64,000 nucleotides of DNA from positions 33,823 to 97,822 of the forward strand of contig JACUTV010000001.1 in assembly GCA_014859645.1 (NCBI GenBank), written 5' to 3'. The DNA is from Campylobacterales bacterium. GTDB lineage: Bacteria; Campylobacterota; Campylobacteria; Campylobacterales; Campylobacteraceae. The translations under genes and the position numbers were made by a program. The notes under the pieces were generated by a model. It was not told the DNA's origin. It did no database searches and saw nothing but the letters and a program-made list of their open reading frames with translations. Below are positions 1 to 10,870 of the stretch, piece by piece. Every line of letters begins with the position of its first letter. The first letter of the stretch is position 1.

Positions 1-125
1 GTGCTTGAGAGGGTCTCAAAGGGTGCACCGTGGAGGGCTAATCCTAAAAATAATAACCAAAAAATGCGCATCTTTTCTCCTTTTGGCGCATTCTAGCAGG
101 TTTTATCCAACGGAGAGGTAAAGTG

Positions 126-134
126 TGTTACAAT
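126..134 (+). promoter_or_regulatory. Extended -10 promoter element TGtTACAAT upstream of secA
   Basis: TGnTAnAAT box 27 nt upstream of the secA ATG. Confidence 0.4.
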
Positions 135-160
135 CGCCCCAAAAAATGTAAGGTAGCTTC

Positions 161-2764
161 ATGTTTTTAAACTTCGCCCAAAAACTGTTTGGGACTCAAA
201 ATGACCGAGAAATCAAACGTTATCAAAAGCGTGTTGAGGCGATTAACGCCCTTGAAAGCCGTTATGAAACACTAGAGGATGAGGCGCTTAAAGAAGCCTT
301 TGAAGCACTGAAAAAGCGCGTGAATGAAGAGCAAGCGACACTGGATTCGGTGTTAGTAGACGTGTTTGCTATCGTACGTGAAGTCAGCAAACGCACCACA
401 GACATGCGCCATTTTGATGTGCAAATGATCGGTGGGTTAGTGTTGCATGATGGCAATATTGCTGAGATGAAAACAGGGGAGGGAAAAACCCTCGTAGCCA
501 CCCTGCCTGTGGTGCTTAATGCCATGAGCGGAAAAGGGGTGCACGTTGTTACGGTGAATGATTACCTTGCCAAGCGTGACGCCGTAGATATGGGGAAAAT
601 TTACGAGTTTTTGGGGTTAAGCGTGGGCGTGATTGTGGCAGGTTTGCACAACGACGCGGAGCGTAAAGCGCAGTATGAGGCCGACATCACTTACGGAACT
701 AACAACGAATTTGGATTTGACTATTTGCGTGACAATATGAAATACCACGCCAAAGACAAGGTCCAACGCAATCACCATTATGTTATCGTGGACGAAGTGG
801 ATTCGATTTTGATTGACGAGGCGCGAACACCGCTTATTATCTCCGGGCCAACCAATCGCACATTAGACAGTTATAAACGTGCCAATGACGTGGCAAGAAA
901 ACTTGTGCAAGGAGAGCTTCCTGCGGAAGGGCAACCTGCGCAGGGCGATTTCACGGTTGATGAAAAAAACCGCACTATTATGATGACGGAAGAAGGTATC
1001 ACAAAAGCCGAAGAGCTCTTTGGGGTAGATAACCTCTACAGCATGGAAAACGCTGTACTCTCACACCACCTTGACCAAGCCCTTAAAGCACAACATTTGT
1101 TTGAAAAAGATGTGGATTATGTGGTAAAGGATGACGAGGTTATTATTGTCGATGAATTTACAGGTCGCCTGAGCGAAGGGCGTCGTTTTAGTGAAGGATT
1201 GCACCAAGCCCTTGAGGCCAAAGAGGGCGTGGCGATTCAAGAAGAGTCTCAAACATTGGCAGACATCACCTTTCAAAATTATTTCCGTATGTATGAAAAG
1301 CTTGCAGGTATGACAGGTACTGCTCAAACCGAAGCCACGGAATTTGCGCAGATTTATAAACTCAATGTTCTTTCCATTCCGACAAACGTTACGGTTATTC
1401 GCGAAGATAAAAATGACTTGATTTACAAAACAGAAAGAGAAAAATTTATCGCTGTTATCGAAGAAATCAAACGAGCAAACGCCCTAGGACAACCCGTGCT
1501 TGTGGGCACGGCTTCCATTGAAAAGAGCGAGTATTTGGATGGTTTGTTGAAAAAAGAAAAAATCGCCCATTCGGTGTTGAATGCAAAAAACCATGAAAAA
1601 GAGGCGCAAATCATCCAAAATGCGGGCATTAAAGGTGCTGTTACTATCGCTACTAACATGGCGGGTCGCGGGGTTGATATTAAACTCACTGAAGAAGTGA
1701 AAGCCTTGGGCGGGTTGTATATCATTGCGACAGAACGCCATGAGAGTAGACGGATTGACAACCAGCTTCGAGGACGCGCGGGCCGTCAAGGGGATCCGGG
1801 TCAAAGCAGGTTTTACCTAAGCTTGGAAGATAACCTACTCCGTATTTTTGGAAGCGACCGCATTAAGGCCATCATGGAACGGCTTGGGATTGAAGAAGGC
1901 GAGAGTATCGAGTCGCGCATGGTAACGCGCGCGGTGGAAAATGCCCAAAAGAAAGTGGAAAACTTGCATTTTGAGTCACGAAAACATTTGCTTGAGTACG
2001 ATGACGTGGCAAACCAACAGCGCAAGACCATTTACAATTTCCGCAACGATTTACTCAACCCTGAATACAAAATCCAAGAAAAGATTGAAGAAATTCGCGT
2101 TGAGTATGTGGCAGGCGTGTTGCAACGTGCAGAGGTTTTTGAAGGTGGACTCAAAGAAGAGTACGATGTGGAAAGACTGAGTGCCCTAGTGCAAAATGAC
2201 ATGGGTGTTGCGCTAGAGGAAGAAACCCTTAAAGGGGTGGATTATGACGTGCTTGCGGAAAAAATTACAGCAGTGCTTAAAGAGAGTTACGAGACCAAAA
2301 TGGCCGTAGTAGACGCGGAACAGCGTCACGAGATTGAGCGTATTTTATACCTTCAAGTGTTAGATAACGCATGGCGAGAGCATTTATATCAGATGGACAT
2401 TTTAAAAACAGGTATTGGCCTTCGCGGTTACAACCAAAAAGACCCTCTTACTGAATACAAAAAAGAGAGCTACAACCTCTTTATGGAGCTTGTGGAGCGG
2501 ATTAAATTTGAAAGCATTAAAACCTTGCAGCGTATCCGTTTGCGCGACGAAAAAGCCGAAGAAGAGCGGGCCAAGATGGAGGAAATGATTCGACGCATGG
2601 AAGCCCAACAAAACGAAGGTACGCGCTTGGAACACGAATCTGTTACTTCAGAAGCGGCAGTGGAGAAAAAAATTCCACGCAACGACCCATGCCCATGCGG
2701 AAGCGGCAAAAAATACAAAATGTGTTGCGGAAAAAGTGGTCCAAAACGCGGTATTTTAGCCTAA
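161..2764 (+). CDS. secA: Preprotein translocase ATPase SecA
   Basis: 867-aa ORF; Walker [14 protein letters not shown] box, C-terminal zinc motif [14 protein letters not shown]; AAGG Shine-Dalgarno about 8 nt upstream of ATG. Confidence 0.97.
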   Translation: MFLNFAQKLFGTQNDREIKRYQKRVEAINALESRYETLEDEALKEAFEALKKRVNEEQATLDSVLVDVFAIVREVSKRTTDMRHFDVQMIGGLVLHDGNIAEMKTGEGKTLVATLPVVLNAMSGKGVHVVTVNDYLAKRDAVDMGKIYEFLGLSVGVIVAGLHNDAERKAQYEADITYGTNNEFGFDYLRDNMKYHAKDKVQRNHHYVIVDEVDSILIDEARTPLIISGPTNRTLDSYKRANDVARKLVQGELPAEGQPAQGDFTVDEKNRTIMMTEEGITKAEELFGVDNLYSMENAVLSHHLDQALKAQHLFEKDVDYVVKDDEVIIVDEFTGRLSEGRRFSEGLHQALEAKEGVAIQEESQTLADITFQNYFRMYEKLAGMTGTAQTEATEFAQIYKLNVLSIPTNVTVIREDKNDLIYKTEREKFIAVIEEIKRANALGQPVLVGTASIEKSEYLDGLLKKEKIAHSVLNAKNHEKEAQIIQNAGIKGAVTIATNMAGRGVDIKLTEEVKALGGLYIIATERHESRRIDNQLRGRAGRQGDPGQSRFYLSLEDNLLRIFGSDRIKAIMERLGIEEGESIESRMVTRAVENAQKKVENLHFESRKHLLEYDDVANQQRKTIYNFRNDLLNPEYKIQEKIEEIRVEYVAGVLQRAEVFEGGLKEEYDVERLSALVQNDMGVALEEETLKGVDYDVLAEKITAVLKESYETKMAVVDAEQRHEIERILYLQVLDNAWREHLYQMDILKTGIGLRGYNQKDPLTEYKKESYNLFMELVERIKFESIKTLQRIRLRDEKAEEERAKMEEMIRRMEAQQNEGTRLEHESVTSEAAVEKKIPRNDPCPCGSGKKYKMCCGKSGPKRGILA

Positions 2765-2773
2765 GGATAAGGA

Positions 2774-3976
2774 TTGAACCACGACATCAGGAGGTTTTTG
2801 GTTTCCAAATACCTCCGCTTTGACAAGAGCCAACCTTTTATTTCCATCAGTGCCTTTTTGGCCTTTTTTGGTGTGGCAATTGGCGTGATGGTCTTGCTTG
2901 TCGCTATGGCTATCATGAACGGGTTTGACAAAGAATTTCAGCGCAAACTTTTTACCATGAATTATCCCCTCACTGTGACAACCTTTATGCCTGGAGGCGT
3001 ACATGTAAAGGATGTGGAGGCGATTTTGGAAAAAATGCCCCACCTAAAAGCTAGCCCCTACATCTCTTCTCAAGTTATGTTGCGCCGTGGCCAAAAACTT
3101 GAAGGCGCCCTTGTGTTTGGGGTAGACATGGAAAAAGAGAAGCAGATTAATTCCGTTGTTGCCGAGGGACTTGGCGAAGTGGTGCTTGAAGAGTTTGAAC
3201 TGCTGGCGGGCAAGGGAATTGTGGATGAGTTTTTACTAGAAGCTGATGAGCGGTTGATGGTGTTGTTTACCCATGCAGAACCTGGTGGGCTTGCTTTGAT
3301 GCCAAAAATGAAGCGTTTTACCCACAAAGCCACCTTTCAATCAGGGCTTTTGGCTTACGATAAAACCTACATGTACACGCCTGTTAGTTCTCTTCAAAAG
3401 ATACTTGGGTACACCGAGGGTACGTATGATGGGGTGCATTTGTACTCTAAAGACCCCTTTAAAGACATCGAAATTCTTTCAGGGATTTTGCCTTCCCACT
3501 TGCGCGCCATTGGGTGGTGGCAACAAAATGGTAACTTTTTTTCCGCGCTTGCCTTGGAAAAACGGGCGTTGTTTATTGTATTGATGCTTATTATTTTGGT
3601 TGCTTCGTTGAATATCATCAGTTCTTTGCTTATGACCGTCATGAACCGCCGTCAAGAGATTGCATTGTTGCTTTCCTTGGGGGTTTACAAGCGGGAAATC
3701 AAACACACTTTTTTTATCTTGGGTATTGTGATTGGCGGGAGCGGTGTGTTGCTTGGGGTGTGCTTGGGCGGCCTTGGAATTTGGCTTTTGGGCTCTTTTG
3801 ACATCATCAATCTTCCCGCAGACGTGTACGGTTCGGCGAGGCTTCCACTGGAACTTTCCTTGCAAGATTTTTGGTTAATCGTGCTTGGAGCGAGTGGTGT
3901 CGTGGCTTTTTCGTCTTATTACCCTGCTAAAAAAGCAACCGAGGTGAATGTTTTAGAAACCTTACGCAACGAGTAA
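2774..3976 (+). CDS. LolC/LolE-family lipoprotein-releasing ABC transporter permease (FtsX-like)
   Basis: 400-aa ORF with TTG start 6 nt after AAGGA; N-terminal RYL-like motif (SKYLRF), TM helix then MNGF, large periplasmic loop, three C-terminal TM helices. Confidence 0.8.
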   Translation: MNHDIRRFLVSKYLRFDKSQPFISISAFLAFFGVAIGVMVLLVAMAIMNGFDKEFQRKLFTMNYPLTVTTFMPGGVHVKDVEAILEKMPHLKASPYISSQVMLRRGQKLEGALVFGVDMEKEKQINSVVAEGLGEVVLEEFELLAGKGIVDEFLLEADERLMVLFTHAEPGGLALMPKMKRFTHKATFQSGLLAYDKTYMYTPVSSLQKILGYTEGTYDGVHLYSKDPFKDIEILSGILPSHLRAIGWWQQNGNFFSALALEKRALFIVLMLIILVASLNIISSLLMTVMNRRQEIALLLSLGVYKREIKHTFFILGIVIGGSGVLLGVCLGGLGIWLLGSFDIINLPADVYGSARLPLELSLQDFWLIVLGASGVVAFSSYYPAKKATEVNVLETLRNE

Positions 3977-3977
3977 G

Positions 3978-5756
3978 TTAGAGTATTTTTTCTAAGGCCT
4001 CAAGAGGGAGGGGTTTGCTGAACAGATACCCTTGAAAGACGTGACATCCTGCGCGTTTTAAGAAGGTAAATTGCTCTTTAGTTTCCACTCCTTCGGCAAC
4101 GACGCGAAGACCAAGGTTTTTAGCCATGCCAACGATGGTGTGGATAATGACGGCTTCGTCGGTGTGATGTTTAATATCCTGAGTGAAGCTTTGGTCGATT
4201 TTAAGTTCATCTAAAGGGATTTTTTTGATGGCACTTAGGGAAGAATACCCTGTCCCAAAATCATCAATAGAAAAGCGTATGCCCATGCTTTTAATCTGAT
4301 GCATTTTGGAGACCATAGCATCCACATCCCCCATAAACAATGTCTCAGTAATTTCAAAAATCAACTTCTCTTTGGGGCATTTGGTGGCTTCTAAAATCCT
4401 TTCTATGGTGGCTATAAAGGCTTCACTTTGGAGTTGTTTGATGCTTAGGTTAACGGCAATGGTCAACGAGGATGTTTTTTCATCAAGCGACCAACGGGCC
4501 AGTTGAAGGCAGGCGGTTTTAATCACCCAAGCACCTAGCGGAATAATAAGTCCATTTTCTTCTGCTAACGGGATGAATTCGCTAGGAGGAATGAATCCTT
4601 GTTCGAGATGATGCCAACGGATAAGGGCTTCAAGGGCAATGATTTTTTGCGTCGCATCGACCTTGGGTTGGTAATAAAGTTCTAATGCATTCTTTTTGAG
4701 GGCGCGCCTTAGGCTAGTTTCGATGGAGACTTTGTGCTTAATGGCTTCTTGCATTTTTGGGTCATAAAAACGAATAGTGTTTCTTCCTGAATTTTTAGCC
4801 TCGTACATGGCGATTTCTGCTTGCTTGATGACATCGCCTGTTTGCCCTTTTCGAAAAATCACTACGCCGATAGATGAGGAGCACAGGTGGGTTGTATGCC
4901 CTAAGGAAATGGGTTGGTTAATGCTTGTTTTAAGGGTATAGGCAAAAGATTCAACAATAGAGATAGTCTGAGAAAGCTCTACATGTAACGATTCCATGAG
5001 CACAATGAATTCATCTCCGCCAAAGCGGCACAAAAAATCTCCTCGTGAGAGTAAGTCCCCCAGTCGTCTGGCAAGCTCTTTTAGAAAAACATCTCCTTGA
5101 TTGTGCCCTTCTGTATCGTTGAGTTCCTTGAAGTGGTCGAGGTCAATAAGTAAAAGTGCGGAATATTTGCATCCTTCAAGGTACTGGCATGAAGCGCCAC
5201 AATTTTGCCCTTTGGAGCAAGATTGTTTCAAACCAAAAAGGCGTTCGTTGAGCATGTTTTTATTGGGAAGATGGGTGAGTGGGTCGTAGTTTCCAAGCCG
5301 ATGGATTTCCTCTTCCGCCTCTTTGCGTTTGGTGATATCAGTTCCAAAAAGAACAACATAGGGCACATGGCGAAACAAGATGATTTGAAGGGTGAATTCA
5401 ATAGGTGTTTTTTTGATTTGAGTTTCTAGGGTTAGCGCGTCATGATACTTTGCTTCTTCAAAAAGGTAGGCGATTTTGTTAGTAATACATGCTGGAAAAA
5501 CGCTTTCGTAAGTGCTTCCAAGCATCTTTTCTTTGGGGAGTTTGTAAAAGGAGCTGGCAGTTTGATTGACATCCATCAAGCAACCATCCAGTCCAAGAAA
5601 AATCATCTCTTTGGACTGGTCTAAAAGCGCACGGAAACGTTCCAGTTCATCAAACTGTTCTTGCAAGGACGTGTAGTAATGTTTTCGGATGGAATGCTCT
5701 CCGAGTCCGATAATCTTTTCCCTGAGGGATTCGGACGTTTCAGAAAGCTTTTTCAT
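3978..5756 (-). CDS. PAS-GGDEF-EAL c-di-GMP turnover protein
   Basis: ORF 3978..5768; GGDEF motif RFGGDEFIVLM and EAL motif ALEALIRW present; start moved to ATG 5756 (MKKLSETS), which overlaps the upstream adh 3-prime end. Confidence 0.85.
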   Translation of the reverse strand: MKKLSETSESLREKIIGLGEHSIRKHYYTSLQEQFDELERFRALLDQSKEMIFLGLDGCLMDVNQTASSFYKLPKEKMLGSTYESVFPACITNKIAYLFEEAKYHDALTLETQIKKTPIEFTLQIILFRHVPYVVLFGTDITKRKEAEEEIHRLGNYDPLTHLPNKNMLNERLFGLKQSCSKGQNCGASCQYLEGCKYSALLLIDLDHFKELNDTEGHNQGDVFLKELARRLGDLLSRGDFLCRFGGDEFIVLMESLHVELSQTISIVESFAYTLKTSINQPISLGHTTHLCSSSIGVVIFRKGQTGDVIKQAEIAMYEAKNSGRNTIRFYDPKMQEAIKHKVSIETSLRRALKKNALELYYQPKVDATQKIIALEALIRWHHLEQGFIPPSEFIPLAEENGLIIPLGAWVIKTACLQLARWSLDEKTSSLTIAVNLSIKQLQSEAFIATIERILEATKCPKEKLIFEITETLFMGDVDAMVSKMHQIKSMGIRFSIDDFGTGYSSLSAIKKIPLDELKIDQSFTQDIKHHTDEAVIIHTIVGMAKNLGLRVVAEGVETKEQFTFLKRAGCHVFQGYLFSKPLPLEALEKIL

Positions 5757-6885
5757 AGATGCGTTCAATCTCTTGAAGGGTTGGGATTACAGGGTTGGTG
5801 ACAATGCACGCATCCTTAACCGCTGTTGCAGAAAGGGTGGGTAACAAGGTTGGCGCAAGACCCGTTGAACCTAGGGTTGCTACAAATCCTAAGGATGTTT
5901 TAAAGTCGCGAAGAGCGCTTAAAAGGTCTGTTTTGTTGCCAAGATTTTTCCCCATGGCCGCGCCAATGCGATTGTATTTTTCTCCTGCATGGGGGTAATT
6001 AAACTCCACCACATGGTCTAGCAAAATGGCGTTGCAAAGGCCATGAGGCAAATCTGTTTCCCCGCCAAGGCTGTGAGACATGGCATGCACTGCGCCCAAA
6101 CTGGCGTTTGAAAAAGCAAGGCCCGCAAGAAGACTCCCCATCATGATAGCGCCTCTGGCTTCCATGTTGTTTGGATTAGAAACCATTTTAGGAAGGCTAT
6201 CGAAGAGGTACTCGATGGACTGAAGGGCGTACATGTCTGTAAAGGTGGAGGCGGCATTGGAAACGTACGCTTCAAAGGCATGGGTGAGGGCATCGAGTCC
6301 TGTGTTGATGGAGAGATCAAGCTCCATGCTTAGGGTTGTTTCAGGGTCGATTAGAGCGAGGTCTGGGACGATGGATTTGCTAATAATTGCCATTTTAACC
6401 TTGCGTGCCGAATCCACGATAATGGCAAATTGCGAAACATCGGCCGAAGTTCCTGCCGTAGTAGGAATGCAAAGGAGCGGAGGAAGAGGGCGGACAATCT
6501 GATCGACTCCTTCAAAGGCACTGATGGTGTTGCCATTGGCCACAACAATGCCAATCGCTTTTGCGCAATCCATAGGACTGCCGCCTCCTAGTGCAATAAT
6601 CCCGTCGCAATGATGTGCCCAGTAGCAAGCAACGCCGTTGGTGACGTTGGTATCGCGAGGGTTGGGCACAACATCATCAAAAACAACATAGTCGATACGC
6701 GCAGCCTCCAAAGAAGCGGTAACATCTTCAAACCAAGGGGTTTTTCGGACGGCAGGATCGGTAACTAAAAGAGGGTGGCGCATGCTAAGATTGCGCGCGT
6801 AAGATCCAGTGAGATTTCTTGCGCCTGTACCAAAAATAAATTCAGGAGTCACGCATTTGCGCAAAGAAAGTTCAACGGATTTCAT
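5740..6885 (-). CDS. Iron-containing (group III) alcohol dehydrogenase
   Basis: 381-aa ORF; GGGSPMDCAK motif and histidine-rich metal site (AVHAMSHSLGG); GGAGG SD upstream of ATG. Confidence 0.85.
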   Translation of the reverse strand: MKSVELSLRKCVTPEFIFGTGARNLTGSYARNLSMRHPLLVTDPAVRKTPWFEDVTASLEAARIDYVVFDDVVPNPRDTNVTNGVACYWAHHCDGIIALGGGSPMDCAKAIGIVVANGNTISAFEGVDQIVRPLPPLLCIPTTAGTSADVSQFAIIVDSARKVKMAIISKSIVPDLALIDPETTLSMELDLSINTGLDALTHAFEAYVSNAASTFTDMYALQSIEYLFDSLPKMVSNPNNMEARGAIMMGSLLAGLAFSNASLGAVHAMSHSLGGETDLPHGLCNAILLDHVVEFNYPHAGEKYNRIGAAMGKNLGNKTDLLSALRDFKTSLGFVATLGSTGLAPTLLPTLSATAVKDACIVTNPVIPTLQEIERIYEKAF

Positions 6886-7003
6886 GAGCCAACCTCCAAA
6901 TGCTACAGTAATGAAACAATTGTAACCAAAATTTTATCTTTTTTTGAGAAAAGGCCAACCTTGGCGGAACATACTGTACCAGTCATACCGTTTAAGAAAC
7001 GTT

Positions 7004-7417
7004 TTAAGAGTGTGTCACTAACAGAGCTTTTGCCTCAAACCCGTGGGTTTCTTCTATTTTTTCAAACAAGGAGCGCATCAAGGCTTTGGCGCTTGTTCCG
7101 TCTTCTGGGTAGGTAACGATTGCGTCGTGAGGGGGTTGACTGAGGAACTCTTGGATGCCTGAGAGGAGTTCTGTGGCACCATTCCAGTCTGTGCTAGGAA
7201 GCAAGACGATGAAGTCTGTTTTATCTTGAAACAACGCATCAGTTTTGCGAAGGATATTTTTGAGGATTTTAGCATAGTCGATTTTTGGGTCGTTTGCTAG
7301 GGAGAAGTAGACAATGGAAAAGGGCTCCTCATCTTTTAGGTTAAACCTTTCCAAGAGAGCGATGTGGTGTTCAAGAAGAGAGTGGATATCTTGCTTTTCA
7401 AAGACGACACTTGGCAT
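7004..7417 (-). CDS. Small stand-alone degenerate GGDEF-like domain protein (hypothetical)
   Basis: 137-aa ORF with SD AGGTGG; the segment LRKTDALFQDKTDFIVLLPSTD looks like a GGDEF fold with the GGDEF signature replaced by KTDF. Confidence 0.5.
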   Translation of the reverse strand: MPSVVFEKQDIHSLLEHHIALLERFNLKDEEPFSIVYFSLANDPKIDYAKILKNILRKTDALFQDKTDFIVLLPSTDWNGATELLSGIQEFLSQPPHDAIVTYPEDGTSAKALMRSLFEKIEETHGFEAKALLVTHS

Positions 7418-7446
7418 GGAACCACCTTTGTGGGAGATTTGTGGGA

Positions 7447-8697
7447 TTATTGTACACTATTTTCAATCAATGCTTCGAGTTTTTCAAAATAAAACACATT
7501 GTAGCCATTTTGATGACGGTAGGTGAGGGTAAGGGCGTGTGCTTTGATGATGTTATCAACAATATAAAGCCCAAGCCCTAGGCTTTTAGTGCTGTTGGCT
7601 CCTTGCACAAAAGGTTCAAGGTAGTGTTCAAACGGATGTTCAAGGGGGTCACCTAAGCTAATGAAGCGAATACTGCTACTATCGGCTACCACTTTGACAC
7701 GTTTCTCTTTGGAGTACTTAATGCCATTATCAATCATATTTTTAAGGGCGATGGAAAAGAGTTTAAAGTCTACATGTAAGATGATTTCTTCTGAGATATT
7801 GCGTTGGACGCTTTCGGGTTCTGCCATGGCTAAATCCATCGCTTCATCAATCAAATCCACCAAACGATACCCCGTAACGTCGCTTAGGCCAATACCAGAC
7901 GTGATGCGTTCGATGGAGGCGAATTCGTTAATAAGGGTTTCGAGTTTTTCAAAAACAGTAATGAGTCTTGTTTTGTACTTTTCTTGAGTAACCATTTCCG
8001 CGGTAATTCTTCCTTTGGTAATGGGTGTTTTGAGTTCATGCATGATGTTGCGCAAGAAAAGCTGACGCGATTGGTTGAGGGCCTTGATTTGGCCTACGGC
8101 GTTGTAGAAGGCGAGGGCGACTTCGGAGATTTCATCGCTTCCCGTGCTGTTACATGTAACCTCTTCCAAGTCCCCTCTGGCAAACTTATCGATTTCTTGT
8201 TTGAGTTTGCGCAAGGGTTTGAGTTTGCGAATGGTGAAAATATACGTAGCCAACAAAATCAAAAAAACACTAGCAAAGATAATGCGAATCACATCGTAGC
8301 GGTAGGGTTGGTAATCTTCATCTTTCAAGAGTAAGATAGTGTTGTTGTGAGTGATTTTGAGGTAATGGTTTTTGTTGTAAATGAGAATGGAGCTGTTGCC
8401 AATTTTGGCTTGGATTTCTTCGATAACTTGTGCATTTTCGATAATGGCTTGTTTTTCTTCTGCGTCGCTAATCTCGGTCATTTTAAAGTCATTTACCTGA
8501 GCCTCAAGCTCTTCGTTGGTGATAAAATTGTTTAGATGAAACAAGGTAGCTCTTGCAACGATAGAGTATTTGGTATTGAGTTCGCTGGTGTAGTTTTGCT
8601 TGTCGTACTCCATGAGCCACAAAAAAGCCAAAAAAATACTCGCCGTGGAGAGAAAAAAGATAAAGGTAATACTGTAAAAGATAGAAGAGCGAATCAT
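7447..8697 (-). CDS. cprS: Sensor histidine kinase (CprS-like)
   Basis: 416 aa; two TM helices flanking a periplasmic loop, H-box MHELKTPITKGR, G2 box LGLGLYIV; 4-nt overlap with the upstream regulator; htrA-cprR-cprS order as in Campylobacter jejuni. Confidence 0.75.
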   Translation of the reverse strand: MIRSSIFYSITFIFFLSTASIFLAFLWLMEYDKQNYTSELNTKYSIVARATLFHLNNFITNEELEAQVNDFKMTEISDAEEKQAIIENAQVIEEIQAKIGNSSILIYNKNHYLKITHNNTILLLKDEDYQPYRYDVIRIIFASVFLILLATYIFTIRKLKPLRKLKQEIDKFARGDLEEVTCNSTGSDEISEVALAFYNAVGQIKALNQSRQLFLRNIMHELKTPITKGRITAEMVTQEKYKTRLITVFEKLETLINEFASIERITSGIGLSDVTGYRLVDLIDEAMDLAMAEPESVQRNISEEIILHVDFKLFSIALKNMIDNGIKYSKEKRVKVVADSSSIRFISLGDPLEHPFEHYLEPFVQGANSTKSLGLGLYIVDNIIKAHALTLTYRHQNGYNVFYFEKLEALIENSVQ

Positions 8698-9365
8698 TTG
8701 AGAAATTTATACCCAACACCCCGTACAGCGTGGATATGTTTAGGGAACTTTGGGTTTTCGCCTAACTTTTGGCGGATTCTTCCGATGATGACATCAATGC
8801 TTTTATTGGTAGTCTCTTCATTGATAGCTTCGCAGTTGTAGATGAGTTCTTCGCGCGACACCACGCCCCCTTCTTTTTTCATCAAATAACTCAAAATCCC
8901 GTATTCAGCTGCCGTAAGGTGTAGTGGCACGCCTTTGAAGGCGATGTTCATTTGGTACTCATCAAGCACAAGGTCGCAAACGCTCTCTTGGGGAGTTTGC
9001 AAAAGGGTGTGTCGCCGAAGGTGGCTTTTAATGCGCGCTTCGAGCTCTCTTGGGTTGTAGGGTTTTGGGAGGTAATCGTCCGCGCCGTTTTCAAGGGCAG
9101 TTACTTTGTCGGTAATGTCGTGTCTGGCTGAAGAGATGATGATGGGAATAGCATGTTTTTTGCGGATCTCTTTGCACACATCAAGCCCATCGATGCCAGG
9201 AAGCGTGAGGTCTAAGATAAGAAGGTCAAATTTGCCCGTATCAAGGGTGGAAATGCCAAGATAGGGGTCGTGGGCAGTGGTGACTTTAATGTCAAATTGT
9301 TCAAGGTATTCGGTCAGGATTTCGGCAAGCTCAAAGTCATCTTCAATCATCAAAATCTGTGTCAT
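8694..9365 (-). CDS. cprR: OmpR-family response regulator (CprR-like)
   Basis: Receiver domain (MIEDD, LLILDLTLPG) plus winged helix (VRGVGYKF); start set at ATG 9365 (MTQILMIEDD), preceded by AAAGGAG. Confidence 0.85.
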   Translation of the reverse strand: MTQILMIEDDFELAEILTEYLEQFDIKVTTAHDPYLGISTLDTGKFDLLILDLTLPGIDGLDVCKEIRKKHAIPIIISSARHDITDKVTALENGADDYLPKPYNPRELEARIKSHLRRHTLLQTPQESVCDLVLDEYQMNIAFKGVPLHLTAAEYGILSYLMKKEGGVVSREELIYNCEAINEETTNKSIDVIIGRIRQKLGENPKFPKHIHAVRGVGYKFLK

Positions 9366-9434
9366 GCCACTCCTTTGGTTGGGGTGAATTATAGCACAAA
9401 AGGGGCGCCAAGGCATGGCTTGGCGCAAAAACTC

Positions 9435-10847
9435 TTAGCGTACTAAGATGGGTGAGATGTAGCCGCCGCGGCTCACAAGCACGCGAATCCTATCGCGTTT
9501 GGTTTCTGTCATGGCTTTATTAAAGTCTTCGAGGCTAGTCACGGTGGTTTGTTCCACCTGAACAATCACGTCGCCTTGGCGAAAGCCAAATTTTTGGGCA
9601 TCTGAATTTTCTTCAACTTCAAGTACCAAAACTCCTTCGATGGTTCGAGGAACGCGGAAGCGATAACGACTCTCTTCGTCCAGCGCTCCCAAGGAGAGTC
9701 CTTTGATGCCTGAGCTTTTTACTCCAGCCGCTTCTTTTTCAGCCACATCCATATTGCCAAGGGCGACATTGGTGGTGAGGACTTTATTGTCGCGTTCCAA
9801 GGTAATGCGTGCTGTTTCTCCAGGGAGCAACGCCCCAACGGTATTTTTTAAATCATTGGCATTTTTAATAGGAGTACTGTTAATCTGAGTGATGAGATCT
9901 AAGCGCTTAATATTGGCCTTATCTGCTGGTCCACCTGCTTCAACGCCTAAGACTAATGCGCCTTCTTTATGGGTATACACTTCTTTAAGGTCACTGGTAA
10001 GGTCGCCGATGGAAACGCCCATGTATCCCCGTTCGATTTTTCCTGTTTCGATGAGTGCTTTGGCGATGGTTTTAGCCATATTGGAAGGAATGGCGAAGCC
10101 AACACCGCTATTGCTTCCACTGCGAGAGAGAATGGCAGTGTTGATGCCCACAAGCGCTCCACGGCTGTCCACTAAAGCACCACCTGAGTTACCTGGATTG
10201 ATGGAGGCGTCGGTTTGGATAAAATCTTCGTAGCGGTTAAGGCCAATACCTGTTTTGTTAAGTGCAGAAATAATCCCTTGAGTGATAGTTCCACCCACGC
10301 CAAAAGGGTTGCCAATGGCGAAAACCACATCTCCTTCTAAAAGGGCCGAAGAGTCCCCCATCTTAATAGCACGCAAATCTTTGGCGTCAATCTTAATCAC
10401 TGCAAGGTCGCTTTTTGGGTCTAGGCCAATCACTTTTGCTTTAAATTCTTTGCTGTTGTCGATGAGTGAGACGACGATTTCATCGGCTCCTTCAACGACA
10501 TGGTTGTTGGTGATGATGTACCCATCATTCGAGACGATTACTCCTGAACCTAAAGAACTAGCTTTGCGTTCTTGTTGGGGTGCTTGAAAGCCTGGGCCAA
10601 AAAATTCTCTAAAAAAAGGATGGTTAAACATGTCTTGGATTTGGTCATTTTGCTGGACGGTTTTCGTAGTAGCAATGTTAACAACGCTGTTTTTGGCGTC
10701 TTTAATGGCGTCGTGATAAGAAAGAATGGTTTCGCCAGAAGAAGGTGCGACGCGTTTGGCGGCAGAGGGCGCATCGCTAAAGGTGATGGAGCCACTTCCG
10801 TAAACAAGAGAAACCCCCAATATAAGGGCTAAAAAAAGTCGTTTCAT
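9435..10847 (-). CDS. htrA: Periplasmic serine protease/chaperone HtrA (DegP family)
   Basis: Signal peptide; catalytic TNNHV, DLAV and GNSGGAL; two PDZ regions. The second ATG (MKRLF) is preferred because AAAGGA lies 7 nt upstream; the ORF track starts at 10853. Confidence 0.93.
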   Translation of the reverse strand: MKRLFLALILGVSLVYGSGSITFSDAPSAAKRVAPSSGETILSYHDAIKDAKNSVVNIATTKTVQQNDQIQDMFNHPFFREFFGPGFQAPQQERKASSLGSGVIVSNDGYIITNNHVVEGADEIVVSLIDNSKEFKAKVIGLDPKSDLAVIKIDAKDLRAIKMGDSSALLEGDVVFAIGNPFGVGGTITQGIISALNKTGIGLNRYEDFIQTDASINPGNSGGALVDSRGALVGINTAILSRSGSNSGVGFAIPSNMAKTIAKALIETGKIERGYMGVSIGDLTSDLKEVYTHKEGALVLGVEAGGPADKANIKRLDLITQINSTPIKNANDLKNTVGALLPGETARITLERDNKVLTTNVALGNMDVAEKEAAGVKSSGIKGLSLGALDEESRYRFRVPRTIEGVLVLEVEENSDAQKFGFRQGDVIVQVEQTTVTSLEDFNKAMTETKRDRIRVLVSRGGYISPILVR

Positions 10848-10855
10848 CGGCATGT

Positions 10856-10870
10856 CCTTTACATGTAAGG
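10856..10870. repeat. Palindromic motif copy CCTTTACATGTAAGG
   Basis: Exact TTACATGTAA core; on the minus strand its AAAGGA arm is the htrA SD. Confidence 0.9.
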
